Source of the DNA: Eubacteriales bacterium
GTDB taxonomy: Bacteria > Bacillota > Clostridia > Oscillospirales > CAG-272
NCBI GenBank assembly: GCA_045544955.1
Contig: JAZPZY010000005.1
Location: 35,571 to 99,570 of the forward strand
DNA length: 64,000 nucleotides
Direction: 5' to 3'
The position numbers and the translations under genes were made by a program. This document shows, one piece after another, positions 35,817 to 44,713 of the stretch. The number at the start of each line of letters is the position of its first letter. Position 1 is the first letter of the stretch. Below the pieces are notes generated by a model that was given only the letters and a program-made list of their open reading frames with translations, was not told the origin of the DNA and ran no database searches.

Positions 35817-36749
35817 TTATTCTGAAATATCGGTTTCGCCGTTTTGCCGTGCCCTTTTCCGGTATTCCCCGGGCAAGACGCCCATGTACCTTTTGAAAAC
35901 CTTATAGAAAAACTTCATGTCCTCAAAGCCGCAGGCGGCGGCAATTCCGGAAACGGTTCCGGACGTGCCCAAAAGCATGGCACACACCCGCTCAATCCGC
36001 ACCTTCTGGATCATCTCGCTCATGGTCATGCCGGTTTCCGCCCGGAAGATACGGCCCAGATAATCGGGATTCATATACACCTGCTCCGCCAGCTCTTTTA
36101 CGGAAATGGGAAAGGCGTACCGATTTTTGATATAGTCGGTGATATACCCTACGACCTGTCCGTTTTTTTCGACGGTGTTCTTTTGAGCCGACGCATCCAC
36201 CGTACGGAAGACGGTGACGATCAGCTGCATAAGATAAGCACGGACGATTTCGATATATCCCTTCTGCTGTCCCTTGTACTCCTGATACATTTTGTGGAAC
36301 AGATCACCCATGGTGGAAAAGGAATTGCCCGTCACGCTGATGCAGGGCGTATACGCCTCCCTGCCGTTCAGAAGTGAGTAGAACATAAAGGAGTGGTTGA
36401 GGGCCTCCAGTGCCTGGTATCCCGTCACCGAACTGTCAAAAAATTCCGGCGTAAATTTCAGATCATACGCCACGAAGGGCTCCTCTCCGTTTTCCGCCAG
36501 ATGAAACACGTGGGGCGTATCCATGTTGATAACGAACAGATCTCCCCGTGCTGCCGGGGAACGGTGTCCGGCCACCTCATGAACCGCCTGCCCCGAGATC
36601 ACGTAAACGACTTCAATAAACTTATGCTTATGGGGAATCCCGATATAATCGGGATATTCATCGGACATTTGTATATGAAAATTCTGCTTTGCCATAGGGA
36701 AATCCTGCTTGGTCAACACGCTGATTCCGTTTCCATCTTCTATTTTCAT
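35817..36749 (-). CDS. AraC-family regulator (cupin + HTH)
   Basis: C-terminal VKELAEQVYMNPDYLGRIFRAETGMT...IAAACGFEDMKFFYKVFKRYMGVLPGEYR. Confidence 0.85.
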   Translation of the reverse strand: MKIEDGNGISVLTKQDFPMAKQNFHIQMSDEYPDYIGIPHKHKFIEVVYVISGQAVHEVAGHRSPAARGDLFVINMDTPHVFHLAENGEEPFVAYDLKFTPEFFDSSVTGYQALEALNHSFMFYSLLNGREAYTPCISVTGNSFSTMGDLFHKMYQEYKGQQKGYIEIVRAYLMQLIVTVFRTVDASAQKNTVEKNGQVVGYITDYIKNRYAFPISVKELAEQVYMNPDYLGRIFRAETGMTMSEMIQKVRIERVCAMLLGTSGTVSGIAAACGFEDMKFFYKVFKRYMGVLPGEYRKRARQNGETDISE

Positions 36750-36804
36750 ACGCTGTCTCCTTCCGATTCATGCCGGGACATGTGTTCTCACACAACTCGC
36801 CATA

Positions 36805-37683
36805 TTATTTGCCGTACTTTTTCACCATATCCTTCTGGAAGCGGAGAAGATACGCCGCCTCTCTATCCAGAGATGCCTCACTCACGTCGGAAAGCAGATT
36901 CCGCCAGACGTAAATATCTCTGCCGACCTCGCCGCCTGCCATAACGAATGGCTCGCACACGATCCGGCCGGTATAGTTCACGTCGCTGAGTGCCCCGAAG
37001 ATCTCTTCCCAGGGGAGATGACCTCTGCCCGGGGCTGTGCGGTTGTTCTCACCGGTATGGAAGCCGACCAAATACTTTCCGGCAGTAAGTATCGCATCGC
37101 GGAAACTGAATTCCTCGATATTCATGTGATAAGTATCCAGAAGGATACCCACGTTTTTGCAGTCCAGTTCCTCCACGTACGAAACAGCCTCGGCTGCCGT
37201 ATTCAGCACCACGCCCTCAAACCGGTTGACTGCCTCCACGGCATAGGTAATACCAAACTCCTCCGCCATTTTGGACAGTTCTTTCATGGAGCGAAGACTG
37301 TTCTGCCGCAGTTGTGCTTTTTCAAACGCACCGTCCGGAACGCCCCACGCGGCATAACTGACGCCGGAGATGATTTTTCCGTCCATACGGTGCACCTTAC
37401 GCATGATGTTCTTCAGATACTCCACACCGCCCAGACGCACGCTTTCCTCTGGCGAGGAAATATCGAATTTCTTATCGAGGCCCAAACTGTAGGTAAGCTC
37501 CACACCGTACGCATCGGCCGCCGCCTTGATCTCACAAAGCCGTGCGTCCGACATTTCAAGCAGGGGCTGTGCCTGAAACTCCAGAACGTCAAAGCCGATC
37601 TCTGCCGCTTTTTTGATATATCTGACGTGATCCGCATCCCAGCCGTTCTCCCAGAAATTCATGAAAATGCCAAACTTATTCAT
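36805..37683 (-). CDS. Ketose 3-epimerase / sugar-phosphate isomerase TIM-barrel protein
   Basis: MNKFGIFMNFWENGWDADHVRYIKKAAEIGFDVLE resembles D-tagatose/D-psicose 3-epimerases. Confidence 0.65.
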   Translation of the reverse strand: MNKFGIFMNFWENGWDADHVRYIKKAAEIGFDVLEFQAQPLLEMSDARLCEIKAAADAYGVELTYSLGLDKKFDISSPEESVRLGGVEYLKNIMRKVHRMDGKIISGVSYAAWGVPDGAFEKAQLRQNSLRSMKELSKMAEEFGITYAVEAVNRFEGVVLNTAAEAVSYVEELDCKNVGILLDTYHMNIEEFSFRDAILTAGKYLVGFHTGENNRTAPGRGHLPWEEIFGALSDVNYTGRIVCEPFVMAGGEVGRDIYVWRNLLSDVSEASLDREAAYLLRFQKDMVKKYGK

Positions 37684-37903
37684 TTGTTCGAACTCCTTTC
37701 GCCCTCACCATATCCGGTGAGATTTCTCCAATAAAATTATAAAATATCGGCGAAAAAAATGCACTGGAATTTTCCTACCAAATTCACCGGCGCGGTATGG
37801 TATATTCCGACTTGTGTAATTTTTTATTCTTTCGTGACTGAATCACTGCAAACTGCGGACAAATGTGGTATAATAATAAAAAACACGGAAAGGAACCAGA
37901 CGC

Positions 37904-38566
37904 ATGCAGTATTTTCTTCTGTTTCTGGAGGGGATCATCACCTTTATTTCTCCCTGTCTTCTCCCCATGCTGCCCGTATACGTATCCTACTTTGCCGGCG
38001 GTACGGGGAGAACCACGGCAAAAACCCTGCGGAATGCACTTGCTTTCGTCGCCGGATTTACCGTCGTCTTTATCCTGATGGGAGCCCTCGCCGGCACGGT
38101 GGGCGGACTTCTACGGGAATACGGAACCATCGTCAATCTGCTCACCGGCAGTATCGTGGTTCTGTTGGGGCTGCACTTTTTCGGATTATTCCGGCTGCCG
38201 TTTTTCGGCGGACCGAAAACCGGCGTTACCCGGGGCGAAACGGGAATCATTTCCGCTTTCCTCTTCGGCACGGTGTTTTCCATAGGCTGGACGCCCTGTG
38301 TGGGTGCCTTTCTCGGCTCTGCTCTGATGATGGCCTCCCGGGAAGGCAGCACGCTCACTGGAATTTTACTTTTACTCGTGTATTCCCTGGGGCTCGGTAT
38401 CCCCTTCGTGCTGAGTGCCCTGCTGATCGACCGGCTGAAAGGTACCTTTGCCGTCATAAAACGGCACTATACCGCGTTCAACCGAATCAGCGGAGCGATT
38501 CTGGTTATCACCGGAATCGCCATGATGACCGGACTTTTCCAAAAGCTGCTCTCGCTTATAAGCTAA
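37904..38566 (+). CDS. ccdA: Cytochrome c biogenesis/thiol-disulfide transporter CcdA
   Basis: MQYFLLFLEGIITFISPCLLPMLPVYVSYF and the second Cys motif GWTPCVG. Confidence 0.85.
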   Translation: MQYFLLFLEGIITFISPCLLPMLPVYVSYFAGGTGRTTAKTLRNALAFVAGFTVVFILMGALAGTVGGLLREYGTIVNLLTGSIVVLLGLHFFGLFRLPFFGGPKTGVTRGETGIISAFLFGTVFSIGWTPCVGAFLGSALMMASREGSTLTGILLLLVYSLGLGIPFVLSALLIDRLKGTFAVIKRHYTAFNRISGAILVITGIAMMTGLFQKLLSLIS

Positions 38567-38585
38567 AAAACAAGGAGGAAGAAAT

Positions 38586-39188
38586 TTGAAAAAAGAATGG
38601 AAACTTCTGCTGGTTCTTTTCGCACTCGTTCTGCTGCTCGGCGGTGCGTATGTCCTTTACGACCGGCTCGGCTCGGGTTACAGCGGCGGACTTGTGGAAG
38701 AAGGAACGAAGCCCCCGGCGAAAACGGACGGCACCGCACCGGACGGTGATAAGGAAGACACGGAACTGTTTGCCGCACCGGACTTTTCCGTAACCGATAC
38801 GGACGGAAACGCCGTACGTCTGACGGACAAAATCGGAAAACCCGTCGTTCTTAACTTCTGGGCAAGCTGGTGTCCGCCCTGCAAAGCGGAAATGCCTGAT
38901 TTCAACGAGGCCTATGGGAAATGGGGCGATACGGTCGAGTTTATGATGGTCAATATGACGGACGGCGGACGGGAAACGGTGGAAACCGCCAAGTCGTTCA
39001 TCGAAAAAGAGGAATTCATCTTTCCGGTATATTTCGACACAGAGTACGAGGCCGCCATCGCTTACAGCGCCACTTCCCTGCCCGTGACCTATTTCATTGA
39101 TGCGGACGGCTATCTCATCGCCCGTGCCATGGGAATGATCGATGCCGAAACGCTGGAAAAAGGAATCGGTCTCATAACCGGAGAATAA
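38586..39188 (+). CDS. TlpA/ResA-like membrane-anchored thiol-disulfide oxidoreductase
   Basis: TTG start after AAGGAGGAAG. N-terminal TM helix. VVLNFWASWCPPCKAEMP. Confidence 0.85.
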   Translation: MKKEWKLLLVLFALVLLLGGAYVLYDRLGSGYSGGLVEEGTKPPAKTDGTAPDGDKEDTELFAAPDFSVTDTDGNAVRLTDKIGKPVVLNFWASWCPPCKAEMPDFNEAYGKWGDTVEFMMVNMTDGGRETVETAKSFIEKEEFIFPVYFDTEYEAAIAYSATSLPVTYFIDADGYLIARAMGMIDAETLEKGIGLITGE

Positions 39189-39276
39189 AATCGGCAGTTT
39201 CGTGACAAAATCACAGAAACCGCCAATAAAGTCTGCTATAATAATAACGTAAATAAAAGAAAAGGAGACAATATAT

Positions 39277-39585
39277 ATGTCTGTACTGAAAATCACAAAG
39301 GAAAATTTTGACGAAGTAAAAAACAGTGAGAAGCCCGTCCTTCTGGACTTCTACGCTGACTGGTGCGGTCCGTGCCGCATGGTTTCTCCCATCGTGGACG
39401 CCATCGCGGAAGAGCGGACGGACATCGTCGTGGGCAAGATCAACGTGGACAACGACACGGAGCTTGCCGGTACGTTCGGTGTATTCAGCATCCCCACGCT
39501 GGTGGTGCTGAAGGACGGCAAGGAAGTAAACCGCATAAGCGGTGCCGTGCCGAAAGAAAAGATTCTCGGACTGTTACCTGGCTAA
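39277..39585 (+). CDS. trxA: Thioredoxin
   Basis: VLLDFYADWCGPCRMVSP...FGVFSIPTLVVLKDG. Confidence 0.9.
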   Translation: MSVLKITKENFDEVKNSEKPVLLDFYADWCGPCRMVSPIVDAIAEERTDIVVGKINVDNDTELAGTFGVFSIPTLVVLKDGKEVNRISGAVPKEKILGLLPG

Positions 39586-40253
39586 CTCCCGGAGCCGCTT
39601 TTTATCAAGGATCCGGATACCCTCACTGCGGGAGGAGGCAACAATGCCTTCTCCCGCAAAATATTTCAGCATACGGGACACCACTTCACGGGCGGAACCC
39701 ATGTATTTGGCAATCTGCTCGTGAGTCAGTTTGACCGTATCGGTGCCGTGCTTGGCGATCTCATCCAAAAGAAAGATGGCCAACCGCTTATCCATGCTCA
39801 TAAACAGGATCTGCTGCATCACCCACATCACATCGGAAAACCGGCTGAGTGCCGCGTTTCCAAAGCGAAAATCTTCGCCTCTGGCATCCGCCTGGCAAGA
39901 TCCTCATAGGCACAGCCGCCCACCACTACGCAATCGCTGCTTTCCTCGGAATCAATAAACACATCAAAGGTGATACTCTCAAGCACGCAGGAAGCGGAAA
40001 GCATACACATATCCCCCGGAAACAGGCGGTACAGAGTGATTTCTTTGCCCTCATCGGAAAGAAGATACAGCCGAAGACTGCCGCTTTTCACTAAAATAAC
40101 GCCGGTGCAGTTGTTTCCGTCGTGCACCCTCGTTCTCTTTTCAAAACGCACCGTCTGGGAGGCGTGTAAAAGATGCTCCTGATCCGTAAGGCTCATAGCG
40201 TGCCAGAACGGAAACGTCTTTTCAAATAATTCCCGAAATGCGTTGTTTTCCAT
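39574..40253 (-). pseudogene. Crp/Fnr-family regulator interrupted by a 1-nt frameshift
   Basis: The cNMP-binding part (39828..40253) and the HTH part (RLAIFLLDEIAKHG...THEQIAKYMGSAREVVSRMLK) are in different frames. The frames rejoin if one A is added in the GAAAC run (plus 39856-39860), giving ...FALENAALSRFSDVMWVMQQ. Confidence 0.7.
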
Positions 40254-40270
40254 AGTGTTCCTCCCCAGGC

Positions 40271-40299
40271 TTGACAAAGCGAGACTTATATGGTATAAT
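40271..40299 (+). promoter_or_regulatory. Consensus sigma-70-type promoter
   Basis: TTGACA (40271-40276), 17 nt spacer, TGgTATAAT (-10 at 40294-40299). Confidence 0.75.
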
Positions 40300-40304
40300 G
40301 GATT

Positions 40305-40425
40305 CGCCGTTCAGAAGAACGGTGCGGAAACAGAAGTTTCTCTATCCCCGGCTGAAAAATCAATACTCATGTAAACGGTACTTGCAGGTATCATTATCCC
40401 AGAAGGGATAGTGGTACCTTTTTGT
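40305..40425 (+). ncRNA. Structured 5' leader (candidate riboswitch/attenuator) of the ECF S-component gene
   Basis: Hairpins CCGTTC-AGAA-GAACGG (40307-40322) and GAAAC-AGAA-GTTTC (40327-40340), then the terminator hairpin. CTATCCC (40342-40348) can alternatively pair with GGGATAG (40405-40411). Confidence 0.5.
40387..40425 (+). terminator. Intrinsic terminator within the leader
   Basis: 14-bp stem GGTATCATTATCCC-AGAA-GGGATAGTGGTACC followed by TTTTTGT, 17 nt before the ATG. Confidence 0.7.
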
Positions 40426-40442
40426 ATCAAAAGGAGATATTC

Positions 40443-40985
40443 ATGAACATACACAATAAACTTCTCAAAATGATTCTCTCTGCCCTGTTTCTGGCACTTG
40501 CCTACGTTATGCCGTTTCTCACCGGACAGATTCCACAGATCGGCTCCATGCTATGTCCCATGCACATCCCCGTTCTGCTTTGCGGCTTTCTCTGCGGCTG
40601 GCCCTGGGGGCTTGCGGTAGGCTGTATCGCACCGATCCTCCGTTCCTTTCTTACCGGCGGCTTCCCGCCTATGTTCCCAACGGCCATATGCATGGCCTTT
40701 GAGCTTGCAGCATACGGTGCGATGGCAGGAGTTATGTATAAACTGCTTCCCCGAAAAAGAAGTTCCGTCTACGTCTCCCTTCTCACCGCCATGCTTGCGG
40801 GTCGGATCGTGTGGGGTGCGGCCATGTTCCTTCTCGTTGGCATGCAGGGCGGCAATTTCGGCTTTGCAGCCTTTCTTGCCGGCGCGTTCACCAACGCGAT
40901 TCCGGGAATACTCCTGCAGATCCTCCTCATCCCAGTCCTGGTAATACTTATGGAAAAGCACGGGCCGTTCAGAGCAAAACGCTGA
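40443..40985 (+). CDS. ECF transporter S component (substrate unknown)
   Basis: 180 aa, six hydrophobic helices. LALAYVMPFLTGQIPQIGSMLCPMHIPVLLCGFLCG is typical of ECF substrate-capture subunits. AAAGGAGA SD. Confidence 0.6.
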   Translation: MNIHNKLLKMILSALFLALAYVMPFLTGQIPQIGSMLCPMHIPVLLCGFLCGWPWGLAVGCIAPILRSFLTGGFPPMFPTAICMAFELAAYGAMAGVMYKLLPRKRSSVYVSLLTAMLAGRIVWGAAMFLLVGMQGGNFGFAAFLAGAFTNAIPGILLQILLIPVLVILMEKHGPFRAKR

Positions 40986-41063
40986 TTTCCATAATTATAG
41001 CACATAATCTTCTCAAATGCTATCCCCACCGAAAAAAACTTTCCGTGTTTCCTGAAAAAGCAT

Positions 41064-41101
41064 AAAAACGCGTCTTCCGTTTATTCGGAAGACGCGTTTT
41101 C
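41064..41101. terminator. Bidirectional terminator between convergent genes
   Basis: AAAA-CGCGTCTTCCG-tttatt-CGGAAGACGCG-TTTT. Confidence 0.75.
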
Positions 41102-41110
41102 TGTTATAAA

Positions 41111-42046
41111 TCAGTTGCATTCCGCCACCAGCGGTCCGGCCAGTTCCTTCAGATAGAAAAGCTTACCGGGCAGCGTGGGCATAAAGGTGGAGGTCACGTT
41201 CATATCGGGGCCGTAGTGGAGCGTGGTGAGGAAGCTCATTCCCTGCCAGCCCATGCCCCGTCCCAGGGTGCCGTCACAGCCGCCGATGATGGTATCCGCC
41301 TGCAAAAACAGGCCGGGGCCGATAGTATTGGCACGGCAAGGCACCAGCGTCGTACGGCTCTTGAAACTGGTCAGTGCGTTCTGCTCAATGGTGAGGGGAT
41401 GCAGTTTGGCACCGATGCGGTACGGTGCGGCCTTCCATTCCTCCACGGTGTTGTAATCCTCCGCAAACTGGGGTTCCCAGAAAGCGATGTGGCACATTCT
41501 GCCGATGCCGAACACGAGAACCAGTTTTGCCCCTTCCGCCTTCAGTGCCGCAATTTTCGCAGGATAGGTGGGAAGGTTTTCCTTGGTAGCAAAATTACGC
41601 TGAGATTCGGGCACCGTCTTGTTCAGTTTATTAAACAGGGCCTCCCGCATGCTGTACTCAAAGGAAGCGGGGTTGTCGCTGGAGAGCGTGTTGCCGTCCG
41701 CATCCGCCCACTCGTCCATATTGAAGGTATATACGTGTGAGCAGTCCACGTCCCATTCGTTAAGGAAATAAGCGGCCCATTTATACATACCCATGGGGCC
41801 TACAGGCAAAATCATGGCAAGCTTTTCGCCGCGGTCTTTTGCCGCTTTGATCTGCCGGGCGATCTCATGTCCCATAAGGGTATCGAACTCGTAGATATTG
41901 TCGCACTCCACAGGGGTAAAATCCTTATGCCAGAAATCCTCTCTTGCTACGCCCTTTTCGCAGCACGCATCCATCTTTGCAAGATCCCATCCCTTGGGAT
42001 AAAAGCCTTCCAGAAGGCTGCCTTTTACGGTAGATAAAAAGTCCAT
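41111..42046 (-). CDS. NagB/6-phosphogluconolactonase-fold sugar-phosphate deaminase/isomerase
   Basis: Start at MDFLSTV (AGAAAGGAA SD). [12 protein letters not shown]...FNMDEW...[14 protein letters not shown] fit the glucosamine-6-P deaminase family pattern. Confidence 0.6.
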   Translation of the reverse strand: MDFLSTVKGSLLEGFYPKGWDLAKMDACCEKGVAREDFWHKDFTPVECDNIYEFDTLMGHEIARQIKAAKDRGEKLAMILPVGPMGMYKWAAYFLNEWDVDCSHVYTFNMDEWADADGNTLSSDNPASFEYSMREALFNKLNKTVPESQRNFATKENLPTYPAKIAALKAEGAKLVLVFGIGRMCHIAFWEPQFAEDYNTVEEWKAAPYRIGAKLHPLTIEQNALTSFKSRTTLVPCRANTIGPGLFLQADTIIGGCDGTLGRGMGWQGMSFLTTLHYGPDMNVTSTFMPTLPGKLFYLKELAGPLVAECN

Positions 42047-42078
42047 ATCAAAATTCCTTTCTCGCTGATAATAATTCT

Positions 42079-42906
42079 TTACGCCTTGCCGGCACTGCCG
42101 AACAGACGCATTTTTTCCGTTACCACACGCTTTACGGCGTTCTTCGCGTCGGAGAACATGATCTCGTGATTGGCACTGGCGATATACGCTTCTCTGGCCG
42201 CCACGCACATTTCCGTGCAGATATTGATCTTGCGGATACCGTTTTCAATCGTATTCCGGAAATCCGTATCGGAAAGGCCGGATCCGCCGTGGAGAACGAG
42301 GGGTTTGTCCGACACTTCGTAGATCTGTGAAAGACGTCCGATATCCAGCACCGGCTTCACCTTATACTTGCCGTGTGCCGTGCCGATGGCAACGGCCAGA
42401 GCGTCCGTCCCGGAGCGATCGATGAAATCACGCACCTGATCCACACGGGTATACATTTCCTCAGCCCCGTCCTCGGTACCGCCTTCACCGCCTCCAACGT
42501 GGCCCAGCTCCGCTTCCACGCTGACACCCTTTGCATGAGCCATATCCGCAACGGTACGGGTATTTTTAATACTCTCCTCGTACGGCAGGGCACTGCCGTC
42601 GTACATAACGGAGGAGAATCCGGCGTTTACAGCCGCCCGAATCTTCTCGAAATCCGTGCCGTGATCAAAGTGGAGACAAACGGGAACGGACGCTTTTTCG
42701 GCAATATAATTCATGACGAGCGCTGCGTATTCAAAGGGGATAAGAGGCAGATGTACCTCCGCTACGCCCAGAATCAAGGGGCTTCTCTCCTCCTCGGCCG
42801 CCTCAATAATGCCCCGTGCCATTTCCAGATTCAGCATATTGAACAGGCCGACGCCGTATTTTCTGTTTTCCGCATCCCGAAGGATCTCTTCCAGTGTGAC
42901 TAACAT
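42079..42906 (-). CDS. Class II ketose-bisphosphate aldolase (tagatose/fructose-1,6-bisphosphate type)
   Basis: [13 protein letters not shown]...LHFDHG...VMYDGS...HGGSG motifs. Confidence 0.8.
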   Translation of the reverse strand: MLVTLEEILRDAENRKYGVGLFNMLNLEMARGIIEAAEEERSPLILGVAEVHLPLIPFEYAALVMNYIAEKASVPVCLHFDHGTDFEKIRAAVNAGFSSVMYDGSALPYEESIKNTRTVADMAHAKGVSVEAELGHVGGGEGGTEDGAEEMYTRVDQVRDFIDRSGTDALAVAIGTAHGKYKVKPVLDIGRLSQIYEVSDKPLVLHGGSGLSDTDFRNTIENGIRKINICTEMCVAAREAYIASANHEIMFSDAKNAVKRVVTEKMRLFGSAGKA

Positions 42907-43844
42907 GTATGTTCCTCCTTGAATTTTAATACATCTTCATAGCTTCTGGTGCCGGCCGTCGCTCCCGTGGCGGTAACGCACAGCGTCCCCGTTACGTTAG
43001 CAAATTCGCTGGCAAAGAGAGCGTCCTCGCCCCTTGCCATGGCCGCAAGAAAACCGGAGCAGAAGCTGTCACCGGCTCCCGTGGTATCCACCACGCGAAC
43101 GCCGTCAATGGTGGGAAACCTCTTCCCCACCGTCCATTCCTTCAAGCGAAGGTAGCTGCCCTTCTTTCCCAATTTGATGACGATATTGGAAGCTCCCCGT
43201 TTTTGGAGCACGTCCGCAATTTCATCCGGATCGGTGACGCCAGCGATCTGTACCGCCTCGTCAATACTGGGCATAAAGTAATCAATGTACGCAAGGGACC
43301 GGTCAAGAATTTCGCCCCATCTTCCCTTTTCATCCCAGCACACGTCAAGGAAGGTGGTCTTGCCCATCTCCTTGCATCTTTTCAGAAACTCCATGGTCTC
43401 CTCGCCGTCAAACCGGTCAAGCAGAAATGTTCCCGTTACGAACACCAGATCTGCCTCGGCGATCACGTCAAAATCCACGTCGTCGATACCGAACGTACCG
43501 TTGGTTCCCACGCAGTGGAAGAATGACCGCTCGCCGCCCTCGTCGATCATCAGCACCGACGCGGAGGTCTGCACCTCTCCGTCCGTCTTCAGCCCGCGGG
43601 TATCCACCCCAGCCTCACGGAGCCGGTCACGGAGATACGTGCCGAACATATCCGCACCTACTTTGCCGATAATGCTGGCTTCCGTGCCCATTTTTGCAAG
43701 ATTTACAGCCGCTGTCATGGCGTTCCCGCCATTATGCAGGGTGATGCCGTCCACACGTTTCAGAACACCGTGTCCGGGATAGCCGTCCACACGCTCCACG
43801 ATCACGTCGGCGACGAGAATTCCTACGCACGCAACCTTTTTCAC
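42900..43844 (-). CDS. PfkB-family sugar(-phosphate) kinase
   Basis: GTG start (AGGAGA SD, GTGA overlap with the upstream stop). VACVGILVADV...GGNAMTAA N-terminus and C-terminal DTTGAGDSF. Confidence 0.75.
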   Translation of the reverse strand: MKKVACVGILVADVIVERVDGYPGHGVLKRVDGITLHNGGNAMTAAVNLAKMGTEASIIGKVGADMFGTYLRDRLREAGVDTRGLKTDGEVQTSASVLMIDEGGERSFFHCVGTNGTFGIDDVDFDVIAEADLVFVTGTFLLDRFDGEETMEFLKRCKEMGKTTFLDVCWDEKGRWGEILDRSLAYIDYFMPSIDEAVQIAGVTDPDEIADVLQKRGASNIVIKLGKKGSYLRLKEWTVGKRFPTIDGVRVVDTTGAGDSFCSGFLAAMARGEDALFASEFANVTGTLCVTATGATAGTRSYEDVLKFKEEHTC

Positions 43845-44539
43845 GGCAGAAGTCTCCTCGTTACCATTCTGGGCCACACCGGCTCCTGCCGGAATGCTTC
43901 CGCATACCGCACGCCGCACTGCAGACCGCGGAACCGGGAGCAGGTTTCCACAAATTCCGAAAAATCGATATGATCGTGATCCAGCATCCATTTCAACTGG
44001 CTCTCGTGGCAGGCAAGCATTTTCAGTTTCAGATCGATCTCCTCGCTGATATCCACGTACTCCGTGGGTTCAAAATGGACGCCGGCCAGATGATCCATAT
44101 AATACAGCGGAACCACGGCGGCTTTTCCCTGGGGGCCGTACTGAGGCACACTTGCCACAAAGGAAGCATCAAAAACCAGTTTCGATACCTCTCTGTGATC
44201 GCACATATAATCTGTAGGGCTGTGGGTGATGATGAAATCCGGCTGCGTGCGGATGATCAGCTCCGCAATTTTATCCCGCTGCTCTACCGAAGCACCGTTC
44301 GGCAGAAGATCCCCGATATCCATGGTGACAACATCTACGCCCGCCATAGCACCGGCACGCCGCGCCTCCTCGGCTCGCATCAGACGCAGTTCGTCCGGCT
44401 TAATTATTTCGTGTCCCATGTTTCCGTTGGCCACGTGACACGCCGTTACCTTATCGCCGCGCTTTACGCATTTGGCAAGCGTGCCGGAGCAGGCAATCTC
44501 AATATCGTCGGGATGACACCCGATGGCAAGTACGTTCAT
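43841..44539 (-). CDS. PIG-L/LmbE-family deacetylase
   Basis: MNVLAIGCHPDDIEIACSGTLAK...ITHSPTDYMCDH. Confidence 0.75.
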   Translation of the reverse strand: MNVLAIGCHPDDIEIACSGTLAKCVKRGDKVTACHVANGNMGHEIIKPDELRLMRAEEARRAGAMAGVDVVTMDIGDLLPNGASVEQRDKIAELIIRTQPDFIITHSPTDYMCDHREVSKLVFDASFVASVPQYGPQGKAAVVPLYYMDHLAGVHFEPTEYVDISEEIDLKLKMLACHESQLKWMLDHDHIDFSEFVETCSRFRGLQCGVRYAEAFRQEPVWPRMVTRRLLP

Positions 44540-44713
44540 CCTTGTTAATTCCTCCGTTTCGGATAGCGTAGAAAAAAGAATATTTTTGCGTGTTCCGCCG
44601 CAGTTATTGCTTTTTCCTCTTATATATGATACAATATTACCGTACTTTTGTATTTAACAAACGGTATGCTTTATTTGTCATTTATTCCATTTTCTCAAAA
44701 AAAGGAGAGCCGC

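Noticed and set aside
37840-37856. GTGA-n5-TCAC palindrome upstream of ccdA as a CRP/FNR-type box
   Set aside because: The spacing (5 nt) and flanks do not fit TGTGA-n6-TCACA or TTGAT-n4-ATCAA. It is too short to support.
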